A stretch of DNA of 63,994 nucleotides, filler included, from Octopus bimaculoides (lineage: Eukaryota): the NCBI RefSeq assembly GCF_001194135.2. It is 7 parts of 7 records of this genome, joined end to end, with 100 filler letters (N's around TTAATTAATTAA, not from the genome) between each part and the next. Parts side by side here need not be neighbours in the genome. Positions count along the whole stretch, not along the records: positions 1 to 13,618 come from NC_069010.1; 6 more parts are not named here. One strand, written 5' to 3'. Below the pieces are notes generated by a model. The model did not search any database and was not told the origin of the DNA. It saw only the letters and a program-made list of their open reading frames with translations. A program made the position numbers and the translations under genes. Positions 1 through 11,997 of the stretch are shown here, piece by piece; the stretch's first letter is position 1, and every line of letters starts with the position of its first letter.

Positions 1-48
<48 letters not shown>

Positions 49-93
49 CACATACACATATATTTATACATACACATATACACACATACACAT
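1..93. repeat. (TA)n/(CATA)n microsatellite
   Basis: Pure TA run grading into CATA/CA units. Confidence 0.95.
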
Positions 94-1043
94 GTGTGTG
101 CTTGTGTGTGTGTGTATATATATGTATATGTGTATATGTGCATAAGAAACACACTTCAGACTTCTCAAGCAGCCTGTCTAAGGAGTATATGAAAACACTT
201 AATGGGCATTGTCCCTCCCTTCTTCACCAGATTTACACATCAGTCCAATTCAGGAACAGAAACAAGAGCTCAAAAAAAAAAAAAAGAAGCCTGATAACAT
301 ACCCAGTCCTGGATGAAGGCCTCCTAATCATGACTCCAACTGCTTTGCTTGCAATCACATCTCTCTTTAACACCTGTACATTTATACTAAATNNNNNNNN
401 NNNNNNNNNNNNNNNNNNNNNNNNNNNNNNNNNNNNNNNNNNNNNNNNNNNNNNNNNNNNNNNNNNNNNNNNNNNNNNNNNNNNNNNNNNNNNNNNNNNN
501 NNNNNNNNNNNNNNNNNNNNNNNNNNNNNNNNNNNNNNNNNNNNNNNNNNNNNNNNNNNNNNNNNNNNNNNNNNNNNNNNNNNNNNNNNNNNNNNNNNNN
601 NNNNNNNNNNNNNNNNNNNNNNNNNNNNNNNNNNNNNNNNNNNNNNNNNNNNNNNNNNNNNNNNNNNNNNNNNNNNNNNNNNNNNNNNNNNNNNNNNNNN
701 NNNNNNNNNNNNNNNNNNNNNNNNNNNNNNNNNNNNNNNNNNNNNNNNNNNNNNNNNNNNNNNNNNNNNNNNNNNNNNNNNNNNNNNNNNNNNNNNNNNN
801 NNNNNNNNNNNNNNNNNNNNNNNNNNNNNNNNNNNNNNNNNNNNNNNNNNNNNNNNNNNNNNNNNNNNNNNNNNNNNNNNNNNNNNNNNNNNNNNNNNNN
901 NNNNCACTCCCTTTCAATCTATCTATCACCCAGCCCCGCTGCTGCTGTCATTTAATTCCCCTGTTTTCTTTGTCTTTCTTTATTTATTTACAACATGTCC
1001 ACTTTGCTGTCAATGTATTGGACATACAGAAACATATACATTT

Positions 1044-1089
<46 letters not shown>

Positions 1090-1747
1090 AGAATGGAGAC
1101 AGTCATTTCTTTCAAACCTTTCATATTGAAGACGTATGCTTCTGTGTGTATATAAGTGCGCATGTATGCATACATATATGTATCTATGTATACATATATG
1201 TATCATGTATGTATCATGTATGTATGTATTTATGTATATAAGTATGTATATGAATATTTGTATATGTATGTATATATGTATGTATGCATGTATGCACATT
1301 TATGTATGCAGTCATATCAATTAAAGGAGTAACTACATCGCAGTTCTACAGTTATAACAAAAATATTGCTTTTGTGAAAAGCAATTAACAGAGAGCTCAA
1401 TGAAATGTGAGAAACAAAATGTACAAGGGAGGCCCCCTTTGAAGACATATAGTTTTAAAAATCACAGTTTACTTCAAAGATAGGGGAAATGAATCCGCCT
1501 GGGAGGGAACAAGAACGACATGGGATAGTTTGCAGTATTTTCTGCTCATTAGTGCATTTGAATTTTGATCTACTTGTGCAGTGCTTTTGCACATCAGTAA
1601 ATAGATTTTTATGCTATTTGGATATACCTCTAGCTGGCAACATATTCAAAGCATTTCAGTACTGGTTTCAGTCATTGAGACTAAGTATGGAAAACAAATT
1701 TTGGAAAAGTTAAAAGAAAAGTTTTTTTTTAAAAGAATATTTACATA

Positions 1748-2150
1748 GGCGCAGGAGTGGCTGTGTGGTAAGTAGCTTGCTTACCAACCACATGGTTCCG
1801 GGTTCAGTCCCACTGCGTGGCACCTTGGGCAAGTGTCTTCTACTATAGCCTCGGGCCGACCAAAGCCTTGTGAGTGGATTTGGTAGACGGAAACTGGAAG
1901 AAGTCCGTCGTATATATGTATATGTATGTGTTTGTGTGTCTGTGTTTGTCCCCCGCCCCCACCAGCATCGCTTGACAACCGATGCTGGTGTGTTCACGTC
2001 CCCGTAACTTAGCGGTTCGGCAAAAAGTGACCCGATAGAATAAGTACTAGGCTTACAAAGAATAAGTCCTGGGGTCGATTTGATTCGACTAAAGGCGGTG
2101 CTCCAGCATGGCCGCAGTCAAATGACTGAAACAAGTAAAAGAGTAAAAGA
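1748..2150 (+). mobile_element. tRNA-derived SINE, family A (full length)
   Basis: Head GGCGCAGGAGTGGCTGTGTGGTAAG...GGTTCAGTCCC (A/B-box-like), central TA/TG microsatellite, tail GGCGGTGCTCCAGCATGGCCGCAGTCAAATGACTGAAACAAGTAAAAG. More than 10 copies or fragments in the window. Confidence 0.9.
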
Positions 2151-2759
2151 GATAGTATTCAAATACAAGGAGCATTTCCTTGTTTCTGCCTGTCTCTTTC
2201 TTGTTTACTCTTGTGGATTCGACCTCGAACCCACAAGAGTAAGCAAAAGAGACGGAGACAGGCAGAAACAAGGAAAATGCCCCTTGTATTTGAATACTAT
2301 GCAAATATTCNNNNNNNNNNNNNNNNNNNNNNNNNNNNNNNNNNNNNNNNNNNNNNNNNNNNNNNNNNNNNNNNNNNNNNNNNNNNNNNNNNNNNNNNNN
2401 NNNNNNNNNNNNNNNNNNNNNNNNNNNNNNNNNNNNNNNNNNNNNNNNNNNNNNNNNNNNNNNNNNNNNNNNNNNNNNNNNNNNNNNNNNNNNNNNNNNN
2501 NNNNNNNNNNNNNNNNNNNNNNNNNNNNNNNNNNNNNNNNNNNNNNNNNNNNNNNNNNNNNNNNNNNNNNNNNNNNNNNNNNNNNNNNNNNNNNNNNNNN
2601 NNNNNNNNNNNNNNNNNNNNNNNNNNNNNNNNNNNNNNNNNNNNNNNNNNNNNNNNNNNNNNNNNNNNNNNNNNNNNNNNNNNNNNNNNNNNNNNNNNNN
2701 NNNNNNNNNNNNNNTAATCAGAATAGGCGCAGGAGTGGCTGTGTGGTATATATATATAT

Positions 2760-3015
2760 GGTGGTTGTCTACTCCTTAAACAGAGTTTGACCACCTCCTG
2801 CACCTACACCTTAGCCCTTTCATGGCGTCTGATGTGGCTTTTTAAACCAGACAGTGTTTTGAAAAAAACACCCACACAGATTGCACCTCTGATTTGCACT
2901 AGCAATACCTGCAGGTAAGTTCTGCTCATTGTGGATCCTAACATGTCTTTTAAGACCCCCATTGGATTTGCAAACCCTCTGGCACACACCACATTCAACC
3001 GTGTGCACAGACATA
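2760..3015 (-). mobile_element. Retroelement 3'-terminal cassette encoding two C2H2 zinc fingers (one frameshift)
   Basis: MSVHTVECGVCQRVCKSNGGLKRHVRIH...CNLCGCFF/KTLSGLKSHIRRHERAKV* (3014->2804), then a short 3' UTR hairpin GGTGGT...ACCACC and (TA)n. Homologous copy at 59098-59368. Confidence 0.7.
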
Positions 3016-3181
3016 TAATCAGAATAGGCGCAGGAGTGGCTGTGTGGTATATATATATATACACACATGTTTGTATGTATGACTATATATATGTTTGTGT
3101 ATGTATGTATACATGTAAGTATGTGAATACATATATATATATGCATGTTTGCATATATGCATACATGTATATGTGCATGTA

Positions 3182-3216
<35 letters not shown>

Positions 3217-3491
3217 GCATATATGTATATATGTATGTCTATATATATGTATGCATGTGTTTGTTTGTATGTATGCGTATGTTTGTATGTATGTATGTAT
3301 GTGCTTCTAAGACGTTAATATCAAGTGACTTAGTGGTCTGACAAACAGGGTTCCTGGAGGTAAGTACAAGACTTAATAAGTGCAGTAGCTTATTAACAGG
3401 AACCTAAAACCATTCAAGGTGAGACTCCAGCATGGTCACAACTTGTTCACTGAAACAGCCAAAAGAAAAGAAGAACTAAAGAAAAGAAAGC

Positions 3492-3556
<65 letters not shown>

Positions 3557-3724
3557 GGTGACTGTGCACGTGCATGCCTCTGTATATACACACACACACA
3601 TATGTATGCATGTGTGTATAAGATGTGTGCGTACAATATACATCTTAATGGACATACATGGAAGTATTAATTTGTTAATGGGGTTTTTTTTTTATTGCTG
3701 CTTACATACATGTATGTATATGCA

Positions 3725-3770
<46 letters not shown>

Positions 3771-3781
3771 TATAAACATAT

Positions 3782-3834
<53 letters not shown>

Positions 3835-4371
3835 CAAACATACATGCATACATATTCTCATATATACACATATACATTGAAATACAATCTATGGTGTTTT
3901 ATTGTCTCTTGTATGTATATACATGGTGATTCATAACTGATTTTATTATGTCAGTAGTGATATTAATCAATATACACATCCAATTAATGCGACAGGGGTA
4001 TATAAAACAGCAAAGATGATATTGTACGATATTGTACAATAGATTATGGTGTCCTTAGCTTCAGATATGGCTTTTGCTGATGCAGTGTGCTTCAAGCAGA
4101 TATTCATTTCAACTTCAGGTTGACCAAACATCCTTGTGAACAAATAAAGTAATGAATATGTAGACGCAGATGTGGCTGTGTAGAAAGAAGTTTATTTCAT
4201 GATAACAAGGTTCTGGTTTCAGTACCACCGAGTGGTACTTTGGTCCAAGTGTTTTCTATTATAGCCTCAGGCAGACCGAAGCTTTCTGAGCAGATTTGGC
4301 AGATGGAAATGAGAAGAAGCCAGTTTTCTTTCTTGTTTTAGTTTTCTTTCTTGTTTTACAGAATAAACATG

Positions 4372-4570
4372 TGTAGTGGCGCAAAATTATGGCCACCATT
4401 AAGGAAGTACAATCTGCGCATGCGCAAGGGACTTGCCTTCCCAAAAGCCCCTCGAGTGCGCATGCGTAGTAAAACCAGTAATTAATGTGTTACTTTCATT
4501 TTCTAAGCCTCTTAAGCATGATGCCTTCGACGTGACAACACCTTGCTCCTCAACGAAGCACTCTTGAGCG
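4372..4570 (+). mobile_element. 5' half of an LTR, truncated by SINE insertions
   Basis: Clearly homologous to 18508-18705; same TGTAGTGGCG start. Confidence 0.7.
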
Positions 4571-4647
4571 GAGAGACAAACACAGACACACAAACACACA
4601 TACATATATATATATATACATTTATTCTATCAGTCACTTTGCTGAAC

Positions 4648-4793
4648 GGCATTAGGAAGGGCATCCAGCTGTAGAAACTCTGCCAAATTTAGATTGGAGC
4701 CTGGTGTTGCCATCCGGTTTCACCAGTCCTCAGTCAAGTCGTCCAACCCATGCTAGCATGGAAAGCGGACGTTAAACGATGATGATGATGATA
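4648..4793 (+). mobile_element. SINE 3' module (family E tail ending in (GAT)n)
   Basis: GGCATTAGGAAGGGCATCCAGCTGTAGAAAC...GCATGGAAAGCGGACGTTAAACGATGATG. Related pieces at ~6555-6690, 8035-8110, 8455-8705, 22810-22985, 30265-30405, 31915-32100 and 56150-56520. Confidence 0.75.
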
Positions 4794-4795
4794 TG

Positions 4796-4957
4796 ACAGG
4801 CTTCTTTCAATTTCCGTCTACCAAATCCACTCACAAGGCTTTGGTCGGCCCAAGGCTATAGTAGAAGACACTTGCCCAAGGTGCCACGCAGTGGGACTGA
4901 ACCCGGAACCATGTGGTTGGTAAGCAAGCTACTTACCACACAGCCACCCCTGCACCT
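4796..4957 (-). mobile_element. SINE family A, 5' half
   Basis: Reverse complement of the 1748-1910 head region. Confidence 0.85.
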
Positions 4958-5065
4958 ATGTATGTATATATTTACATATGCATGCATACATGCATGTATG
5001 TATTTGTGTATGCATATCCCGGATGAGTTCCCCCACAGGTTCATATCCTTAACAAGCCCTCAATA

Positions 5066-5243
5066 GGCACAGGTACGGCTGGGTGGTAAGAAGCTTGCTT
5101 CCCAACCACATGGTTTTGGGTTCAGTCTCACTGCATGGAACCTTGGGCAAGTGTCTTCAACAATAGCCCAGGGTCAGCCAAAGCCTTGAGTGGATTTGGT
5201 AGATGGAAACTGAAAGAAGCCTGTTGTATGTATGTATGTGTAT

Positions 5244-5338
<95 letters not shown>

Positions 5339-5575
5339 AGTGTGTCTCTGTATTTGTGTTTGTCCCCCCCCCCACCATCATCACCACTACTTGACTACCA
5401 GAATTAGTGTATCTACATCCCTGTAACTTAGCAGTTCAGCAAAGTGACTGATAGAATAAATACTAGACTTAACCCATACATGATTAAATCCTAGGATCAA
5501 TTTATTCAACTAAAACCCTTCAAGATAGTGCCCCAGCATGGCCATGGTCAAATGACTGAAACAAGTAAAAGATAA
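5066..5575 (+). mobile_element. SINE family A with expanded internal (TA)n
   Basis: Diverged head and tail of family A around ~110 bp of TA. Confidence 0.85.
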
Positions 5576-5853
5576 AGGATAACAGATACCATTTTATGCA
5601 TATACCGCAGTAAATATTTTCCCATTTATGCAATTCTTGTTAAACTTTGCATAATTTCATTACAAACATACATTCATCATATAATTTCATATGCTTAATT
5701 ATCAATATAACATTTAATTAACTTAGCTAATGTCCACCTGCTCTCTTAATCACTAAAAATTATTGTAACCTGCTGATATTACCACATACAATAAGGCGGT
5801 GAGCTGGCAGAGTCATTAGTATGCTGGACAAAATGTACTCTGTAAAAAACTTG

Positions 5854-6422
5854 GGATCTATTTTAAAACGGGGGCCACATTTTTCATTAATGTTTTACGT
5901 AGTGTTTTTGGTACGGAAAGACTTTCAAACTTCGTATACTTATCTATTTTGTGTTATAGAACAGAAAAATATTTTTGTATTCGAATTTATTTCATGTAAA
6001 AAATTGTCTTATTTCGATAATTTCAACCAATCACTGACAAGTATTCAGTTGTTTATATTTACTCCTTTGGCTGATTAAGCGATGTAAAGCGTATTTAATC
6101 TCCATAGCTTCGTTTTATTTGCTTTTTTCATTTTAAATTTGCTTTAACCCTAACCCTAACCCTAACCGTAGGGTTAGGGTTAATTGTTTCAGAATCGTTT
6201 GTTTATGTAGTCGGCACTTAATGTATATCGGCTGAATGGACGTCAGTGATTGGTTGAAATTACAGAAATACGACAATTTTAACATGGAATAACTTATGGA
6301 TTTCTTCTTTTTTTAAAGAAGACTAAGAGAAAAAGATGTTTTATATGACACATTCTACCAGTGTTCCAAGTTTCAAAGTGTTTCGTTAATGAAAAATGTG
6401 GCCCCCGTTTTAAAAAAGATCC
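5854..6422. mobile_element. Non-autonomous foldback DNA transposon (MITE), 8-bp TSD
   Basis: TIR GGATCTATTTTAAAACGGGGGCCACATTTTTCATTAA / TTAATGAAAAATGTGGCCCCCGTTTTAAAAAAGATCC. TSD AAAACTTG at 5846-5853 and 6423-6430. Inner IR TTCAACCAATCACTGAC / GTCAGTGATTGGTTGAA. Central (TAACCC)3...(GGGTTA)2. Confidence 0.9.
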
Positions 6423-6760
6423 AAAACTTGTACTCTGCAACAGAGGTGTTAAGACTGATCCTTCTGGTGATGAAAAGCACTTGTGGCGGTGCCATGTAAC
6501 TAGTGCCTGTGCAGTGTGCCACATAGAAGCACCCAGCACAATCTGCAAAAGTGGTTGGTGTTAGGAAGGCCACCCGGCCATAGAAACCATGCCAAATCAA
6601 ACTGGAGTTGGGTGAAGATCCCCAGTTTGTCAGATCTTGTCACACCGTCCGATCCCTGCCAGCATGGACAATAGACATTAAATGATGATGATGACGAGGA
6701 GGAGAATGAAGAAGATGAGGAGGATAAACACACACACACACACACACATTATACAATGTG

Positions 6761-6984
6761 AGCTGGCAGAAACGTTAGCGCGCCGGGCGAAATACTTAGC
6801 GGTATTTCGTCTGCCGCTACGTTCTGAGTTCAAATTCCGCCGAGGTCGACTTTGCCTTTCATCCTTTCGGGGTCGATTAAATAAGTAGCAGTTACGCACT
6901 GGGGTCGGTATAATCGACTTATTCCGTTTGTCTGTCCTTGTTTGTCCCCTCTGCGTGTAGCCCCTTGTGGGTAGTAAAGAAATA
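6761..6984 (+). mobile_element. tRNA-derived SINE family B, tail type B1
   Basis: A-box TGGCAGAAACGTTAG, B-box GTTCAAATTCC. Core GCCTTTCATCCTTTCGGGGTCGAT..AAGTA.CAG resembles the MetaSINE domain (from recall). Tail ...GTAAAGAAATA. 17-bp TSD ACACATTATACAATGTG at 6744-6760 and 6985-7001. Confidence 0.9.
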
Positions 6985-7335
6985 ACACATTATACAATGT
7001 GCATTGTTGAGATTCACTCTACCATATCCACACACGAGGCTTTAGTTGGCCTGTGGCTATAGTAGAAGACATTTGCCCAAGGTGCCACGCTGTGGGACCG
7101 AACCTGGAACCATGTGGTTGGGAAGCAAGCGTATTACCACTCAGCCATGCCCGCATGTTTGTCTAGTGAAGTCGAGCGGCAAGTAACTGGCTCCTTCATT
7201 AGCTCAATTTGCAAGACAAGTGTGGTGGTCATGTCAGGAGTGGGGAGGGTGGGGGTGAAGACTGTTGATTAAAACGAACGCTACTTGGATTAAGTAATCA
7301 CTTATTGCCCCAAACAAAGTGGATCTACACACACC

Positions 7336-7370
<35 letters not shown>

Positions 7371-7520
7371 GCAGACTGTGTTTGGCTGTTATTGATGCTG
7401 TTGTTGTTGTTCTTATTGTTGTCATTGTCCCTTCTTGTCGCTATTGAAGGACACTTGCTTGACCAGTCATTCTCAATTATGAATAAACTCAAAGAGACAC
7501 GCGTGTTTATACAAACATAT

Positions 7521-7730
7521 TTACTTATATGTGTGTGTTTGTGTGTGTGTGTGTGTGGGTGTGGGTGTGTGTGGGTGTATAAAAATATGTAGGTACATAC
7601 ATATGCATAAACATGTATATATACACACACACACACACACATATATATATTTATATATGTTAATATACACACACGTATATGCACACACATATTTGTGTGT
7701 GCGTGTATACATATAATTTATAAGTGAGTT

Positions 7731-7812
<82 letters not shown>

Positions 7813-7862
7813 TATATACACACACAAATATGTATATTCATATATATGTATACACTTATATA

Positions 7863-7914
<52 letters not shown>

Positions 7915-8139
7915 AGTATGTACATTCATATATAAGTATACACTTATATATTTATATATGTATACATTCATATATGTATGTATATATATTATATATAAAA
8001 CATATATATAATATATATATATAACATATATAGCCATCTGGTTCACCAGTCAGTCAAATCGTCCAACTCATGCTAGCATGGAAAGCGGACGTTAAACGCT
8101 GATGATGATAACATATACATATATATATATATATAAAAT

Positions 8140-8170
<31 letters not shown>

Positions 8171-8230
8171 AAATACACATATATATAACACACACATATA
8201 TATATAACGCATATATATATATATATATAA
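7521..8230. repeat. Compound (TA)n/(CA)n/(TG)n microsatellite field
   Basis: Low complexity; source of the YI/HT/CV pseudo-ORFs. Confidence 0.95.
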
Positions 8231-8860
8231 CATTCTATTCTATTCTAGCAGACCCCCATCACCATTCAATATTTAAAAACTTGTTTTATAGATATTTCTT
8301 TCAAAGTTCCTATTTTGTTTTTCACAATGTTCTTCTCTGAGAGAACATATTTTTAACTGCCAGGAACATGTTAAACTATGCAAAACAGTTGAGAAGGAAA
8401 CCTAGTTGTTCCTTGCAATAAATACATCATCATTGTCATCGTCATCAGCATCAACATCATCATCATCATTGTTTAACGTATGCCTTCCATGCTGGCATGG
8501 ATTGGATGGTTTGACAGAAGCTGGCCAGGCAGAAGACTACACCAGACATCTGTGCCTGTTCCAGCACAGATTTTATGGCTGGATGTCCTTCCTAGCGCCA
8601 ACCAGCCAGCAGAGATGACTGAGTGCTTTTTATATGACACAAACACAGGTGAAGTCAGCTTTGGCATGGTTTCTTATGGCTGGATGCCCTTCCAAATGCC
8701 AACTTAGCATGGGTCACCCAAAAACTGAAGAATCTGAAATAAAAACGAAAGGATGTTGCACAGAATAATGAAAACATAACAATGGTGTTGCCATAGTGTC
8801 CAAACCAACTTGGAAAATTTTTATTCAAAATCAATTCACACACCTAAGCTATTAGTATAG

Positions 8861-8864
<4 letters not shown>

Positions 8865-8957
<93 letters not shown>

Positions 8958-9242
8958 CATATATACACATGTATATACATATACACATACATATATATAT
9001 ATATGTACACACATATACATACATGCATATGTCTTTACATATACATACATATATAGATATACACATATATATATACAAACAAATATATATATATATTTAT
9101 AAGTATACATGGTTATATACAAATATATTTACATATATGTATGTGTGTAAACATTCATATAAGTATATATGTATGTGTGCAGATATATATGCGTAGGTGA
9201 CACACACACACATATATATAAATATATATATGCGTATATACA

Positions 9243-9282
<40 letters not shown>

Positions 9283-9310
9283 CACATATATATATGTATA
9301 TATATATGCA

Positions 9311-9400
<90 letters not shown>

Positions 9401-9515
9401 CACCCACACATATAAATATATATATGTATATATATATATATATATATACACACACATATATAAATATGGATATATATGATTATTTATATATACACACACA
9501 TATATACACATAATA

Positions 9516-9547
<32 letters not shown>

Positions 9548-9600
9548 CACACACACACACATATTTTCATTCATATATATATATATGTGCGTGTGTGTGC
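8865..9600. repeat. Compound (TG)n/(TA)n microsatellite field
   Basis: Low complexity. Confidence 0.95.
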
Positions 9601-9874
9601 TTGTGACAAAGATGGTAATGTGTCCAGGAAGGAAGAAATCTGAGAAATGACAACATCCTGGTTTCAGCTGATCATGTTGCCTTGACAACAGCACATCATG
9701 TCCTTTTGAGGAGAATGACCACTGTCCATGTTACCATGGTAACGATGCATGGCACTGGCCTGGCTATTTGAACTGAAAGATGTAGACTTTAGTAGATATG
9801 TGTGTGTGTCTGTCTGTCTGTATACACAGACGCGTGCATACATACATACATGCATATATACATGCATATATACA

Positions 9875-10244
9875 TGCTATCATGAAAGACTGCTGAATGT
9901 GGAGAATGAATGGGAGGAGAAAAGTCTGCCAAATGTTGACCCACCTGGGGGGACCAGCTATCTGAATAGACAGTACCTTGGTAGATAAAACAATTAAGGA
10001 TATGAAGACAGGAAAAGGCCCTGGTCCATCAGGAATCTCACTGCTGATATGCTTAAAATAACTGGCTGTGTGGGTTATGGTCTAGTCATCTCTATCGTAA
10101 ACCAGGTGGTTCACGAAGGAGTCGTACCCCAATGACTGGTGTAGCAGCACCATAGTCAACTGCTACAAAGGTAAGGGTGATTCCTTAGATAGAAATAATT
10201 ACAGAGGTATCGAACTGTTGGATCCGGTGATGAAAGTTATGGAG
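9875..10244 (+). pseudogene. RTE-clade LINE ORF2 fragment (pre-RT and RT N-terminus), frameshifted
   Basis: Across frames: HERLLNVENEW...LPNVDP...DKTIKDMKTGKGPGPSG...DWCSSTIVNCYKGKGDSLDRNNYRGIELLDPVMKVME, matching the non-LTR RT domain 0-1 motifs KAPG and YRPI-like. Confidence 0.9.
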
Positions 10245-10327
10245 TGGCTGTGTGCTAAGTAGCTTGTGTATTCTCTCTTTGCCATGTCTTCAGCATTTGT
10301 GGAAATTGTGCTGATTTTAATAAGAGG

Positions 10328-10543
10328 CCTAGGAGTGGCTGTGTGGTAAGTAACTTGCTTACCAACCACATGGTTCCNNNNNNNNNNNNNNNNNNNNNNN
10401 NNNNNNNNNNNNNNNNNNNNNNNNNNNNNNNNNNNNNNNNNNNNNNNNNNNNNNNNNNNNNNNNNNNNNNNNNNNNNNNNNNNNNNNNNNNNNNNNNNNN
10501 NGTAGACGGAAACTGAAAGAAGCCCGTCGTATATATGTAAATG

Positions 10544-10576
<33 letters not shown>

Positions 10577-10787
10577 ATATGTTTGTGTGTCTGTGTTTGT
10601 CCCCCCAACTTCGCTTGACAACCGATGCTGGTGTGTTTACGTCCCCGTAACTTAGCGGTTCGGCAAAAAAGAGACCGATAGAATAAGTACTAGGCTTACA
10701 AAGAATAAGTCCTGGGGTCGATAAGCTCGACTAAAAGGCGGTGCCCTAGCATGGCCGCAGTCAAATGACTGAAACAAGTAAAAGAGT
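10328..10787 (+). mobile_element. SINE family A spanning an assembly gap
   Basis: Head before the gap at 10378-10501; tail after it. Confidence 0.85.
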
Positions 10788-11344
10788 CTTCATACACAGG
10801 AAAAAATTTTTTTTTTAATAAAATCCCCTTATCTGACCCCTCTTGTTTTCTATCTTTGGGAGGCATTTTCAAACATTGTGTTCGCATCAGAGATGCCTAC
10901 ACCCATTTGACCAATCCCAGAGAGACAAGCAGCCAATCTGCTTATACACTCAACAATTCCAGTACCTACATAAAACTGGGGCCATTAATTTGCATACAGT
11001 AAGTATTAACATTTTATCTAATATCAACAATCTCTTAACTGTGGAACTGTTATTTTAACGAGTTGTATCTATTTATCACCTGAAGAGACACATCTGCACC
11101 GTTAGATGCTCCTGAACCAGTTGCTCCATATCTTACCTGTGAGAGATCGGTGCTAGATGTGTCGAAAGAATTGCCATGGTGTATCGCAGAAAGATAAAAG
11201 ACTTAAATCATTTGAAGGGACGCATCGCCAACTCATTTGCACAAGTATCACCAGATGTGCTGTTACGAGTTCACAATGAATGGGGGTAAACAGATTGCAA
11301 TGTGTATTCAAAACAATGGTAACCATATACTATTTTAATATTTT

Positions 11345-11392
11345 AAAATGTTTCAGCCGCAAAGCTGCGGTCATGCTGGAGCACCACCGTTT
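11345..11392 (-). mobile_element. SINE-A-like 3' tail module downstream of the 5S copy
   Basis: Minus strand CGGTGGTGCTCCAGCATGACCGCAGCTTTGCGGCTGAAAC versus family A tail GGCGGTGCTCCAGCATGGCCGCAGTCAAATGACTGAAAC. Confidence 0.7.
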
Positions 11393-11405
11393 AAAAGTGT
11401 GGGAC

Positions 11406-11524
11406 ACTTACAGCACCTAGGTTTCCCAAGCAGTCACCCATCTAAGTACTCACTAGGTTCGACGTTGCTTAACTTCGGTGATCGGATGAGAACCGGTGCT
11501 CTCAGCATGATATAGAGCCTGTTA
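11406..11524 (-). rRNA. 5S rRNA-derived copy (probable pseudogene or SINE3-type head)
   Basis: Minus strand ...GAGAGCACCGGTTCTCATCCGATCACCGAAGTTAAGCAACGTCGAACCTAGTGAGTACTTAGATGGGTGACTGCTTGGGAAACCTAGGTGCTGTAAGT aligns along metazoan 5S (~119 nt). The 5' end is diverged. Confidence 0.9.
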
Positions 11525-11782
11525 AATAAAAAAAAGAAACTGTTTCTTATAAAAAAAATAAATTGTTCCTATGTATGGCAACTTTTGGAACACCCTGTAT
11601 ATACGTATGTATATGTTCCCCCTTCAATCCTGTCCCTTGTTTTCTTTCTGTCGCTCTCTGTCCCTCTTTCTCCTCTGTCAATTAGCAGGAGGGTGGGACA
11701 CAGAGAATTTAGGACCGGTTAATTATGCAACCGGTGTGAAAAAAGGAGAGAAAGAAAGAAATTCTCTGTGTCCCACTATCTT

Positions 11783-11997
11783 ATTTCTTTATTGCCCACA
11801 AGGGGCTAAACATAGAGGGGACAAACAAACGGATTAAGTCGATTACATCGACCCCAGTGCGTAACTGGTACTTAATTCATCGACCTCGAAAGGATGAAAG
11901 GCAAAGTCGACCTCGGCGGAACTTGAACTCAGAATGTAACGGCAGATGAAATACCGCTATGCATTTCACCTGGTGTGCTAATGTTTCTGTCGACTCG
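11783..11997 (-). mobile_element. SINE family B, tail type B1
   Basis: Reverse complement of the 6761-6984 family. 10-bp TSD CCACTATCTT at 11773-11782 and 11998-12007. Confidence 0.9.

Larger units (their letters stand above)
11100..11597 (+). mobile_element. Tc1/mariner-superfamily relic (transposase C-terminus and right TIR), interrupted by a 5S-derived insert
   Basis: YRRKIKDLNHLKGRIANSFAQVSPDVLLRVHNEW/KQIAMCIQNNGNHI at ~11182-11330. End GGCAACTTTTGGAACACCCTG followed by TA at 11598-11599. Confidence 0.75.

Noticed and set aside
96-1091. Long ORFs spanning N runs (also 2080-2790, 45727-47034, 48977-50279, 52937-53593, 59200-60019, 60516-61094)
   Set aside because: Open only because N codons are not stops.
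1748-2150. SINE heads as possible tRNA genes; regularly recurring repeats as a possible CRISPR array
   Set aside because: Heads lack a complete cloverleaf and 3' acceptor and are embedded in SINE bodies. There is no short repeat-spacer periodicity, and the DNA is eukaryotic.
7305-9694. Many YI/HT/CV-repeat ORFs, and poly-I/L/Y/M/V ORFs at 43257-43794 and 51208-52509
   Set aside because: Translations of di- and trinucleotide microsatellites.
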